Shown in pieces: positions 47,951-57,496 of a stretch of DNA of 64,000 nt (the first letter of the stretch is position 1; the number at the start of each line of letters is the position of its first letter). The stretch spans positions 3,722 through 67,721 of the forward strand of contig NZ_JAUYQU010000288.1 of the NCBI RefSeq assembly GCF_030697065.1, read 5' to 3'. The notes below the pieces were generated by a model. It saw nothing but the letters and a program-made list of their open reading frames with translations, did not search any database and was not told where the DNA came from. The stretch is from Bradyrhizobium sp. Lineage in GTDB: Bacteria > Pseudomonadota > Alphaproteobacteria > Rhizobiales > Xanthobacteraceae. The position numbers and the translations under genes are program-made.

Positions 47951-49505
47951 CCATACGAACACTGCGCCCCCTCTCCCGCTTGCGGGGGAGGGCGGGGGTG
48001 GGGGTGCCGCCGCGAGTCCTGAAGACGATCCATGCATCGTCGTCGCCAAACAAAACAACGCGCTGCAGATTTTCGCGCTCGATGACGCCGCAGCGCGTTT
48101 TGGTCTTTCGATCGGCCTGCCGCTCGCCAACGCCCGCGCCATCTGTCCGCAATTAAAAGTGTTCGATGCCGATGAAGCCGCCGACGCCAGGGCATTGAGC
48201 GACATCGCCACCTGGTGCGACCGCTTCACCCCGCTGGTGGCGCTGGATCGCCCGCATGGCCTTTTTCTCGACATTTCCGGCTGCGCCCATCTGTTCGGCG
48301 GCGAGGCTGCGCTGATGCAGATGGTATGCGGCGCGCTGACCCGGCAGGGTTTTGCCGTCAGCGCCGCGATCGCGGGGACATCGATCTGCGCGCGCACCAT
48401 GACGCGTCATGTCTCCGGCCGCATCGTGCCGGATGGCGGTGAGGCCGAGGCGGTAAGGCCGTTGCCGGTCGCAGCACTCGGCGCCGATGACGCCATCACC
48501 CGCGGCCTGCGCCGCGCCGGGCTGAAGACCATCGGCGATGTGGCGTCGCGCGCCCGCCACGAAATCACGGCGCGTTTCGGCGATGATTTTACGGTCCTGC
48601 TGGAGCAGGCGCTGGGGCAGGGCGACGCGCCGATCAGCCCGTTGAAACCGCTGCCGGATTTCATCGTCGAGAAGCGGTTTGCCGAACCGGTCGCCACCGA
48701 AGGCGTGATATCCGCGACCCTGTCCCGGCTGGCTGGAATGCTGGTCGTGGCGATGGACCGGCAGGGCAAGGGCGCGCGGCGGCTGGAGGCCCATTTCTTC
48801 CGTACCGACGGCGCGGTGCGCGCGATTGCGGTCGACACCGGGCAGCCCGTCACCCGGCCCGAGGTGATCGACCGGCTGTTTCGCGAGCGGCTCGATGCGT
48901 TGCACGATCCGCTCGATCCCGGTTTCGGCTTCGATCTAATTCGCCTGTCGGCCAGTCGCGTCGAGATCGTGGTGCAGCAACAGCACGATCTCGATGCCAA
49001 TGTGCACGACAATGACGAGTTGACGGCCCTGATCGATCGCATCGCCGCGCGGATCGGCGGACAGCGCGTGGTCGTGCACCTGCCCCAGGACACCCATATT
49101 CCGGAACGCGCGGTAAAGGCTGTGCCGGCGCAGCATCATCTGGCCGCGGCGCGGCAGGCGGCGTGGCCGGCCCGGGAGGAGAGCGAACCGCCGTTGCGGC
49201 CGCTGCGGCTGTTCGCGCGACCGGAAGCGATCAAGGTGATCGCGGAAGTGCCGGATGGCCCACCGGCGTGGTTTCAGTGGCGGCGGGCGTCCCACACGGT
49301 GATGCGCGTCGAGGGCCCGGAGCGCGTCGCCATGGAATGGTGGCGATCGCCGGAAGCGATGCTGACGCGCGATTATTTCCGCGTCGAGGACGAAACCGGC
49401 CTGCGGTTCTGGCTCTACCGCGACGGTCTGTACGATCGCGAGATCGCGCAGCGCGAGGGCGAAATCGTTCAGCCGAACTGGTTCGTGCACGGGCTGTTCG
49501 CATGA
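47847..49505 (+). CDS. imuB: ImuB (Y-family polymerase-like, catalytically inactive)
   Basis: RILSLWLP.LP.DR, G....ARA..P.L, L...CDRFTPLVA.D...GL.LDI.GC.HLFGGE, RPLRL..RPE, GPER...EWW, RDY..VED..G.R.WLYR, W..HG.FA. Confidence 0.92.
   Translation: MSAFSRNRRRILSLWLPRLPIDRIKRARRSAAPGNHTNTAPPLPLAGEGGGGGAAASPEDDPCIVVAKQNNALQIFALDDAAARFGLSIGLPLANARAICPQLKVFDADEAADARALSDIATWCDRFTPLVALDRPHGLFLDISGCAHLFGGEAALMQMVCGALTRQGFAVSAAIAGTSICARTMTRHVSGRIVPDGGEAEAVRPLPVAALGADDAITRGLRRAGLKTIGDVASRARHEITARFGDDFTVLLEQALGQGDAPISPLKPLPDFIVEKRFAEPVATEGVISATLSRLAGMLVVAMDRQGKGARRLEAHFFRTDGAVRAIAVDTGQPVTRPEVIDRLFRERLDALHDPLDPGFGFDLIRLSASRVEIVVQQQHDLDANVHDNDELTALIDRIAARIGGQRVVVHLPQDTHIPERAVKAVPAQHHLAAARQAAWPAREESEPPLRPLRLFARPEAIKVIAEVPDGPPAWFQWRRASHTVMRVEGPERVAMEWWRSPEAMLTRDYFRVEDETGLRFWLYRDGLYDREIAQREGEIVQPNWFVHGLFA
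47967..48005 (+). repeat. Palindromic REP-like half-element inside the imuB coding sequence
   Basis: CCCCCTCTCCCGCTTGCGGGGGAGGGCGGGGGTGGGGGT; 11-bp stem 47969-47992 (one G-T); translated in frame as PPLPLAGEGGGGG. Confidence 0.65.
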
Positions 49506-52500
49506 ACGGGCCTGACGCCATGGCCTATGCCGAGATCGGAATCACCACGAATTTCTCGTTCCTGCGCGGCGGATCGCATCCGCAGGAATATGTGCGGGAG
49601 GCGAGCGACCTGCGGCTTGCGGCCATCGGTATTGCCGATCGCAACACCTTGGCCGGGGTGGTGCGGGCCTACAAGGAACTGGAAAACCCCGAGCTCACCT
49701 GCAAGCCGAAACTTCTGATCGGTTCGCGCCTCGTCTTCATCGACGGCACGCCCGATATCCTGGTCTATCCGCGCGACCGCGCCGCCTACGGCCGGCTATG
49801 CCAGTTGCTGACCCGCGGCAAGCGCGGCGGCGATGCCGACAAGACCGAAAAGGGCGAATGTCGGCTCGGTCTCGACGATCTCCTCGAATTCGCCGCAGGG
49901 CAGCTGCTGGTTCTGACGCTGCCGCACCGCTTCGAGCCGGAAAATACCTTCAAAATTCTGGACCGGTTGCGGCGCAGCCGCGCCGATGGTGTGTGGCTGG
50001 CAGCCAGCCTGCTGTACCGCGGCGATGACAGGCGCCGCCTCGCGCGGCTGCAGCGGATCGCGGCCACCGCCGGGGTACCGCTGCTGGCGACCAACGAGGT
50101 GCTGTATCACCATCCCGCCCGGCGTCCGCTGCAGGATGTTCTCACCTGCATCCGCGAGAAGGCCACCATCGAGGTTATTGGAAAGCGGCTTGAAGCCAAC
50201 GCGGAGCGCTATCTCAAGCCGGCGCACGAAATGGCGCGGCTGTTTCGCGACATGCCGGAGGCGCTGGTGGAAACCATGCGGTTCGCGGACCGCATCGATT
50301 TCTCGCTGGACCAGCTGAAATACCAGTATCCCGACGAGCCGGTGCCGCCGGGCAAGACCGCGCAGCAGCATCTGGAAGACCTGACATGGGCCGGCGTCAG
50401 GCAATATTTTTCCGGCGAGATTGACGACAGGCTTCGCGCTACCCTTCGCAAGGAGCTCGACCTCATCGCCGAACTGAACTACGCGCATTATTTTCTCACC
50501 GTGCACGACATCGTCCGGTATGCCCGAAGCCAGCACATCCTCTGCCAGGGCCGGGGCTCGGCGGCCAATTCAGCCGTCTGCTACGTACTCGGCGTCACCT
50601 CGGTCGATCCGACCAAGGTCGATCTGCTGTTCGAGCGGTTCATTTCCAGGGAGCGGCTGGAGCCGCCCGACATCGACGTCGATTTCGAGCATTCGCGGCG
50701 CGAGGAGGTGATGCAATATGTCTACCGCCGCTATGGCCGCCATCGCGCCGCGATCATTGCCACCGTGATTCATTACCGGCCGCGCAGCGCGATCCGCGAC
50801 GTCGGCAAGGCACTGGGGCTGACGGAAGACGTCACCGCCGCGCTGGCCGATACCGTGTGGGGCAGCTGGGGCAAGGGTCTCAACGACATGCAGGTGCGGC
50901 AGGCCGGGCTCGATCCGCAAAATCCCATGGTCGGGCTCGCGGTCGAACTCGCCACCGAGCTGATCGAATTTCCGCGGCATCTGTCGCAGCATGTCGGCGG
51001 CTATGTGCTGACCCAGGACCGGCTCGACTCCTATGTGCCGATCGGCAATGCCGCGATGGACGATCGCACCTTCATCGAGTGGGACAAGGACGACGTCGAC
51101 GCCCTCAAGATGATGAAGGTGGATGTGCTGGCGCTGGGCATGCTGACCTGCATCCGCAAATGCTTCGACCTGATCGCCGATCACAAAAGCGAGCATTGGG
51201 AACTTGCGTCGGTTCCTCAGGATGTCCCTGAAGTCTACGACATGCTGTGCCGGGGCGAGTCGCTCGGCGTCTTCCAGGTCGAGAGCCGCGCCCAGATGAA
51301 CATGCTGCCGCGGCTGAAGCCGCGGACCTTCTACGATCTCGTCATCGAGGTCGCGATCGTGCGGCCTGGCCCGATCCAGGGCGACATGGTGCATCCCTAT
51401 CTCAGACGACGGAACGGCATCGAGAAGGAGAATTATCCTTCGCCGTCGCCCAATCACGGATCTCCGGATGAGCTCTACAAGGTCCTGCACAAGACGCTCG
51501 GCGTACCCTTGTTTCAGGAGCAGGCGATGCGTATCGCGATCGAGGCGGCAGGGTTTACCCCGGAAGAGGCGAACGGATTGCGCCGTGCGATGGCGACATT
51601 TCGTAATGTCGGCACCATCGGCAATTTCGAAGAGAAGATGACCGGCAACATGATCCGGCGCGGCTACGATCCGGAGTTCGCGAAGAACTGCTTCAACCAG
51701 ATCAAGGGATTCGGTTCTTACGGTTTTCCGGAAAGCCACGCCGCGAGTTTCGCCCAGCTGGTCTATGTCTCGTCATGGCTGAAGCATTTCCACCCCGACG
51801 CGTTCTGCTGCGGGCTTTTGAACTCGCAGCCGATGGGCTTTTACGCCCCGGCGCAGATCGTCGGCGATGCCCGCGCCAACGGCGTCGAGGTGCGCGAGAT
51901 CGACGTGTCGTTCAGCCACGCGCAGAATACGCTGGAGGAGAAAAGCGGCGAGTATTGCGCCGTGCGACTCGGCTTCCGCCAGATCGACGGCTTCAAATGG
52001 GTTGATCCCGATGAGGAACGGTTGAAACAAATTCAACCGTCATTCCGGGATGCGCCGCTTGGCGCAGACCCGGAATCTCGAGATTCCGGGTTCGTCGCTG
52101 TCGCGACGCCCCGAAATGACGGCAATTCCGGCGACTGGGCCGAGCGCATCGTCGCCGCCCGCGCGCGCCGTCCCTTCACCACGCTGGAGGATTTCGCCCG
52201 CGATACCGCGCTCCCAAAGCGCGCGCTGATTCTGCTGGCGGATGCCGATGCGTTCCGTTCCATCGGGCTCGATCGCCGCGCCGCCCTGTGGGCGGTGCGA
52301 CGGCTGCCCGACGACGTGGCGCTGCCGCTGTTCGAAATCGCCGCCGCGCGCGAGCAGCCGGACGAGAACGCGCGGCCGCTGCCGGAAATGCCGCTGTCGG
52401 AGCAGGTGGTCGCCGACTATCAGACCGTCCGGCTTTCGCTGAAGGGCCACCCGATGGAATTTCTGCGGCCGATGCTGACGCGGGAGCGTGTCGTCGCCTG

Positions 52501-52945
52501 CAGGGATGTCTGCCATGCCAACGACAGAAAGCGTGTCCGCTGCGCCGGCGTGGTGCTGGTGCGGCAGCGGCCGGGCAGCGCCAGGGGCGTGGTGTTCATG
52601 ACGCTGGAGGACGAAACCGGCATCGCCAATATCGTGGTGTGGCCGCAGGTGATGGAAGGCTTCCGCAAGGAGGTGATGGGCGCGCGGCTGCTGCTGGTCG
52701 AGGGCTATATCCAGAGTAGTCCCGAACAGGTGACGCATCTGGTCGCGCAACGCCTGACCGACCGCTCCCACGATCTGGTCGGCCTCGCCGAAGACGCGCT
52801 CGGCCGCAGGCATGCCGTGCCGGCCGGGCCCGCGCTGATCGAGCCGCTCAACGACGACCGTCGCGAGCATTCGGACAATCCCGCCCAGAAAATCCGCCAT
52901 CCGCGCAATGTACGGATACTGCCGCCGTCGAGGGATTTTCATTGA
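49502..52945 (+). CDS. dnaE2: Error-prone DNA polymerase DnaE2/ImuC
   Basis: PHP domain (TNFSFLRGGS.P.E), GRGSAANS.VCY, EPPDIDVDFEH, KVDVLALGML, YGFPESHAASF, OB fold (RQRPG.A.GV.F.TLEDETG), C-terminal SRDFH. Confidence 0.97.
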   Translation: MNGPDAMAYAEIGITTNFSFLRGGSHPQEYVREASDLRLAAIGIADRNTLAGVVRAYKELENPELTCKPKLLIGSRLVFIDGTPDILVYPRDRAAYGRLCQLLTRGKRGGDADKTEKGECRLGLDDLLEFAAGQLLVLTLPHRFEPENTFKILDRLRRSRADGVWLAASLLYRGDDRRRLARLQRIAATAGVPLLATNEVLYHHPARRPLQDVLTCIREKATIEVIGKRLEANAERYLKPAHEMARLFRDMPEALVETMRFADRIDFSLDQLKYQYPDEPVPPGKTAQQHLEDLTWAGVRQYFSGEIDDRLRATLRKELDLIAELNYAHYFLTVHDIVRYARSQHILCQGRGSAANSAVCYVLGVTSVDPTKVDLLFERFISRERLEPPDIDVDFEHSRREEVMQYVYRRYGRHRAAIIATVIHYRPRSAIRDVGKALGLTEDVTAALADTVWGSWGKGLNDMQVRQAGLDPQNPMVGLAVELATELIEFPRHLSQHVGGYVLTQDRLDSYVPIGNAAMDDRTFIEWDKDDVDALKMMKVDVLALGMLTCIRKCFDLIADHKSEHWELASVPQDVPEVYDMLCRGESLGVFQVESRAQMNMLPRLKPRTFYDLVIEVAIVRPGPIQGDMVHPYLRRRNGIEKENYPSPSPNHGSPDELYKVLHKTLGVPLFQEQAMRIAIEAAGFTPEEANGLRRAMATFRNVGTIGNFEEKMTGNMIRRGYDPEFAKNCFNQIKGFGSYGFPESHAASFAQLVYVSSWLKHFHPDAFCCGLLNSQPMGFYAPAQIVGDARANGVEVREIDVSFSHAQNTLEEKSGEYCAVRLGFRQIDGFKWVDPDEERLKQIQPSFRDAPLGADPESRDSGFVAVATPRNDGNSGDWAERIVAARARRPFTTLEDFARDTALPKRALILLADADAFRSIGLDRRAALWAVRRLPDDVALPLFEIAAAREQPDENARPLPEMPLSEQVVADYQTVRLSLKGHPMEFLRPMLTRERVVACRDVCHANDRKRVRCAGVVLVRQRPGSARGVVFMTLEDETGIANIVVWPQVMEGFRKEVMGARLLLVEGYIQSSPEQVTHLVAQRLTDRSHDLVGLAEDALGRRHAVPAGPALIEPLNDDRREHSDNPAQKIRHPRNVRILPPSRDFH
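52037..52122. repeat. 86-bp palindromic RPE/MITE-like element inserted in frame in dnaE2
   Basis: Terminal IR CCGTCATTCCGGG / CCCGAAATGACGG (1 mismatch); central perfect 24-bp palindrome ACCCGGAATCTCGAGATTCCGGGT (52068-52091); side hairpins TGCGCC-GCTT-GGCGCA and CGTCGC-TGTC-GCGACG. Confidence 0.85.
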
Positions 52946-53103
52946 ACCTCTGCGCCGCGAGATTAAGACGCATGTCTGGAGACATGGCGTTGAAGGAGCC
53001 GTAGAATGGTCGGGCTTGACCAGACTTGACCCCGCCATCCACCGGGCTAGATGGATAGGCAGGTCGAGCCGCGTGTGACGGCGTGGAGAACCGGGAAGTC
53101 CCG

Positions 53104-54501
53104 ATGCAAAGCCCTCGCGAAATTCTTGCCGACGTCTGGACCCAGGCCGGCGGCGATGCCGCTGCGCTCGACGACGTCACGCTGAGCGGTGAGGAGCCGC
53201 AACTCCCGTCGTCGTTTCGTGTCGCCGCCGCGGCGCAGGCCGGCGTCGCCGCGGCTGGATTGGCCGCCGCGCAGATCTGGCAAATGCGCAGCGGGCAAGG
53301 CCAGCGCCTCGCCGTCGACATGCGTCACGCCGTCGTCGAATGTCGCAGCGAGCGCTATCTTCGGGTGAACGGCGAGGGCTCTCCGATGATGTGGGACGCC
53401 ATCGCCGGGATCTACAAGACCCGTGATGCGCGCTTCGTGCGGCTGCATACCAATTTTCCGCATCACCGCGACGCCGTCTGCATGGTGCTGAATTGCAGGG
53501 CCGAACGCGACGACGTCCAGGCCGCGCTGATGCAGTGGGATGCCGAGGCGTTCGAGACCGCGGCCTATGCCGCAGGCGGCGTGGTGGCGATGATGCGCTC
53601 GCGCGAGGAATGGCTGGCGCACCCCCACGCCCGGGTGCTGGCCGAACACCCTCTGGTCTCGATCGAAAAGATCGGCGACGCCGCGCCAAGACCATGGCCC
53701 GGCGGCGAACGCCCGCTAGCCGGGCTGCGCGTGCTCGACCTGTCGCGGGTGATCGCGGGTCCCGTCGCCGGGCGCACGCTCGCGGCGCATGGCGCCGACG
53801 TGCTGCTGATTTCCGGACCCGACCTGCCGTTCATTCCCTGGCTCACCATCGACACCGGTCGCGGCAAGCTCACCAGCCTGGTCGACCTCAAGCGCGAGCA
53901 GGGGCGGGAAACGATGCGGGGCCTGCTTGCGAGCGCGGACATCTTCTCGCAAGGCTATCGCCCGCGCGCACTGGCGACGCTCGGCTTCTCGCCGCAAGAC
54001 GCGGCGAAAATCAACCCCGGCATCGTCTATGTATCGCTCGCGGCCTATGGTCATGCCGGGCCATGGGCGGAGCGCCGCGGCTTCGACTCGCTGGTTCAGA
54101 CCGCGACCGGTTTCAACCATGCCGAAGGCGAGGCGGCCGGGGTCGAAGGCCCGAAGGAATTGCCGGCGCAAATTCTCGACCACGCCACGGGCTACCTGAT
54201 GGCGTTCGGCGCCATGATGGCGAAGGCACGCCAGGCGCGCGAAGGCGGTAGCTGGCACGTCCGGGTATCGCTGGCGCGGACCGGGCAATGGCTGTGGAAT
54301 TTCGGCCGCGTGGTTGACGGTTTCAGCACGGAGGATTTGAAGGGCGACGCGGTGAAGCCGCTGATGGAGGAGATTCCCTCCGGCTTCGGCTCACTGCGGT
54401 CGGTCAGGCATTCGGCGGTCCTGTCGAAAACGCCGGCGTTCTGGCTGCGACCGGCGATGCCGCTGGGCAGTCACCCGCCGCAATGGCCGCCGCGTTCCTG
54501 A
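53104..54501 (+). CDS. CaiB/BaiF (family III) CoA transferase with degenerate N-terminal repeat
   Basis: LPSSFRV, YKTRD.RFVRLH.NFPHH, PLAGLRVLDLSRVIAGP..GRTLA.HGADVL, GK.....DL, RRGFDS.VQ.A.G, LDHATGY. Confidence 0.88.
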   Translation: MQSPREILADVWTQAGGDAAALDDVTLSGEEPQLPSSFRVAAAAQAGVAAAGLAAAQIWQMRSGQGQRLAVDMRHAVVECRSERYLRVNGEGSPMMWDAIAGIYKTRDARFVRLHTNFPHHRDAVCMVLNCRAERDDVQAALMQWDAEAFETAAYAAGGVVAMMRSREEWLAHPHARVLAEHPLVSIEKIGDAAPRPWPGGERPLAGLRVLDLSRVIAGPVAGRTLAAHGADVLLISGPDLPFIPWLTIDTGRGKLTSLVDLKREQGRETMRGLLASADIFSQGYRPRALATLGFSPQDAAKINPGIVYVSLAAYGHAGPWAERRGFDSLVQTATGFNHAEGEAAGVEGPKELPAQILDHATGYLMAFGAMMAKARQAREGGSWHVRVSLARTGQWLWNFGRVVDGFSTEDLKGDAVKPLMEEIPSGFGSLRSVRHSAVLSKTPAFWLRPAMPLGSHPPQWPPRS

Positions 54502-54709
54502 CGAGGCGAACGACCCGAACAAACCATTGTTGTCTCCGGCCAGCCCGGACATTCTCGCGCGTATAACAGCTACAGACCGACGTGCCCTGGCGTTGCGGGG
54601 CAATTCCCCGCCGCAACCAATACGGCCTGATGGGATTATACCAGGTTCAGACAGTCGAATCGTTCAGCCGGCCCGCGATGTGGCCGGCATTTTTCCCGAT
54701 GGAATCCCG

Positions 54710-56572
54710 ATGCTGATGAAATTCACCGACCCCGATGACATGGCGGAGCACATCATCCGTGATGTCGGCACCAACCTGGTGGTCGGGCTGCCGCTCGGGC
54801 TTGGCAAGGCCAACCATATCGCCAACGCGCTCTATGCGCGCGCCGCCGCCGACCGCGCCATCAACCTGACCTTCTTCACGGCGCTGACGCTGGAAAAGCC
54901 GAGGCCGAAGAGCCTGCTGGAACGCCGCTTCATCGCGCCCGTCATCGACCGGCTGTTCGGCGGCTATCCAGATCTCGCCTACGCCGGTGCGCTGCATGCG
55001 GATGAGCTGCCGCCTAACGTCAAGGTGATCGAATTCTTCTTCCTGGCGGGAAAATGGCTGCACGCGCCGTTCGCACAGCAGCATTACATTTCCGCAAATT
55101 ACACCCATGCGTCGTCGTATCTCCTGGCGCGCGGGCTCAATGTCGTCACCCAGCTGGTGGCCAAGCGCGTCGTCGATGGCGAGACCCGCTATAGCCTGAG
55201 CTGCAACACCGACACGACGCTGGACCTGCTGCGCGCCCGGGTCGAAGGGCGCGCCGCCTTCAAGATGTTCGCGCAGGTCAACTCGGAACTGCCGTTCATG
55301 CCGGGCGCGGGCGACCTTGCGGCGACCGAGTTCAGCGCGGTGCTCGACAGTCCCGAAACGGATTTTCCGCTGTTCGCCCCGCCGGCCGAGCCGGTCAGCG
55401 ACACCAAATACGCCATCGGTCTGCATGCCGCGACCCTGGTGCGCGACGGCGGCACGCTGCAGATCGGCATCGGCCAGATCGGCGACGCGCTGGCGCAGGG
55501 GCTGATCGTGCGCCACCGCGACAATGCACGGTTTCGCGAGATCATGCAGCGGCTGTCGCCCGGCGCGGAACAGCTCCCGGCGCTGGGGGCCGAGACCTTC
55601 GAAACGGGACTCTACGGCGTCAGCGAGATGCTGACCGAGGCGTTCATTCGCCTGATCGAGGCCGATATCCTCAAGCGCGAGGTCGATGGCGTGGTGCTGC
55701 ATGGCGCCTTCTTCCTGGGGCCCAAATCGTTCTATCGCGCCCTGCGGGAGATGGCGCCGGACGCGATCGCCCGGATCCAGATGATGCCGGTGTCTTTTAC
55801 CAACGAGCTTTATGGCAACGAAGCCGCCAAGCGGCGCGCCCGCGTCGATGCCCGCTTCATCAACAATGCGATGATGGCGACCTTGATGGGAGCTGCGGTT
55901 TCCGACGGCCTCGAGAACGGACAGGTCATCAGCGGCGTCGGCGGCCAGTATAATTTCGTCGCGCAAGCCTTCGCGCTGCAGGGGGCGCGCGCCATTCTCA
56001 CCGTCGAAGCGACGCGGCAGGCGGGAGCCAGGGCACATTCGAACATCCGCTGGACCTACGGGCACCAGACCATTCCGCGCCATTTGCGCGATGTCACCAT
56101 CACCGAATATGGCGTCGCCGATCTCCGGGGCAAATCCGACGCCGACGTGATCGCGGCGTTGCTCGCCGTGGCGGACTCGCGCTTTCAGGGCGAACTGGCA
56201 CGGCAGGCCAAGGATGCCGGCAAGCTGCCGAAGAATTTCGAAATTCCGGCGGACCGGCGCGAGAATTTTCCCGAACGCATCAAGGCAGCCTTGAAGCCGG
56301 CGCGCGATGCGGGGCTGCTGCCGTCATTCCCGTTCGGCAGCGATTTCACCGACACCGAGCAACGGCTGATTCCGGCGCTGCAGGTCCTGCAGCAAGCGCT
56401 GCATACGCCGCTGCAACTGCCGGGGCTGTTGTGGCAGGGTTTGACGCGCACTCCCGATGCCGCCGATGACGAATGCCTGGCGAGGCTCGGCCTCGACAAT
56501 CCCAAAACGTTTGCGGAACGCGCCTATCGCGCGCTGGTCGGCGCGGCGCTGGCGCGGAGCAGGGCGCAATGA
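54710..56572 (+). CDS. Acetyl-CoA hydrolase/transferase family protein
   Basis: VVGLPLGLGKAN, SANYTH, YSLSCN.D, V.DGGTLQIGIG, FINNAM..TL.GA.VSD, ISGVGGQ.NFV, PRHLRD..ITEYGVADLRG. Start approximate. Confidence 0.85.
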   Translation: MLMKFTDPDDMAEHIIRDVGTNLVVGLPLGLGKANHIANALYARAAADRAINLTFFTALTLEKPRPKSLLERRFIAPVIDRLFGGYPDLAYAGALHADELPPNVKVIEFFFLAGKWLHAPFAQQHYISANYTHASSYLLARGLNVVTQLVAKRVVDGETRYSLSCNTDTTLDLLRARVEGRAAFKMFAQVNSELPFMPGAGDLAATEFSAVLDSPETDFPLFAPPAEPVSDTKYAIGLHAATLVRDGGTLQIGIGQIGDALAQGLIVRHRDNARFREIMQRLSPGAEQLPALGAETFETGLYGVSEMLTEAFIRLIEADILKREVDGVVLHGAFFLGPKSFYRALREMAPDAIARIQMMPVSFTNELYGNEAAKRRARVDARFINNAMMATLMGAAVSDGLENGQVISGVGGQYNFVAQAFALQGARAILTVEATRQAGARAHSNIRWTYGHQTIPRHLRDVTITEYGVADLRGKSDADVIAALLAVADSRFQGELARQAKDAGKLPKNFEIPADRRENFPERIKAALKPARDAGLLPSFPFGSDFTDTEQRLIPALQVLQQALHTPLQLPGLLWQGLTRTPDAADDECLARLGLDNPKTFAERAYRALVGAALARSRAQ

Positions 56573-56597
56573 AGGGTCCCGGAGGCGGTGCTGCGTT

Positions 56598-57377
56598 CTA
56601 CTTGTTCTTGTTCACCGGCTTGCGCTTCTCGATGAACGCCGCCATGCCTTCGGAACGATCCTCCAGCGCGAAGGTCGAGTGAAACAGGTTGCGCTCGACG
56701 TTCATGCCTTCCGCCAGCGGCGTCTCGAAGGCGCGGTTGATGGCTTCCTTGGCCATCGCCGCCGCGGGGCGCGACATCGCGGCGATTTTTTCCGCCGCCG
56801 CCATGGCTTCCGCCATCAGCTTGTCCGCGGGCACGACGCGGCTGACCAGGCCGGAGCGCTCGGCTTCGGCGGCATCCATCATCCGCCCGGTGAGGCAAAG
56901 ATCCATCGCCTTGGATTTTCCGACCGCGCGGGTCAGCCGCTGGGTTCCGCCGATGCCGGGAATGGTGCCGAGCGTGATTTCCGGCTGGCCGAACTTGGCG
57001 GTGTCCGCGGCGATGATGATGTCGCACATCATGGCCAGTTCACAGCCGCCGCCCAGCGCATAGCCGCTGACGGCGGCGATGGTCGGCTTGCGGCAGCGCG
57101 CGACGCGGTCGCCGCCGATGGCGGTGAAGTCGCTGGAGAACATGTCGATGAAGGTTTTCGGCTGCATTTCCTTGATGTCGGCGCCTGCCGCAAAGGCTTT
57201 CTCGCCGCCGGCGAGTAGGATGCAGCCGATCGCGTCATCGGCCTCGAGATCGTCGACCGCCGCGGCGATCTCCCGGAATACGCCGAACGACAGCGCATTG
57301 AGCGTCTTGGGGCGGTTCAGCGTGATAATGCCGACCGCGCCTTTGCTTTCGACAATGATGTGTTCGAACGTGCTCAT
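56598..57377 (-). CDS. Enoyl-CoA hydratase
   Basis: [57 protein letters not shown]. Confidence 0.95.
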   Translation of the reverse strand: MSTFEHIIVESKGAVGIITLNRPKTLNALSFGVFREIAAAVDDLEADDAIGCILLAGGEKAFAAGADIKEMQPKTFIDMFSSDFTAIGGDRVARCRKPTIAAVSGYALGGGCELAMMCDIIIAADTAKFGQPEITLGTIPGIGGTQRLTRAVGKSKAMDLCLTGRMMDAAEAERSGLVSRVVPADKLMAEAMAAAEKIAAMSRPAAAMAKEAINRAFETPLAEGMNVERNLFHSTFALEDRSEGMAAFIEKRKPVNKNK

Positions 57378-57496
57378 GATTCACCCCGGCGTCAGATTGC
57401 GCCGGCAATGTGCCCGTTGGCGGGATGGGCTTCAAGTGGGGTGATGGATGCCGTATCCCGGGCGCGAGCAGGGCTGCGCTGAGTCCGGGGCATCAA

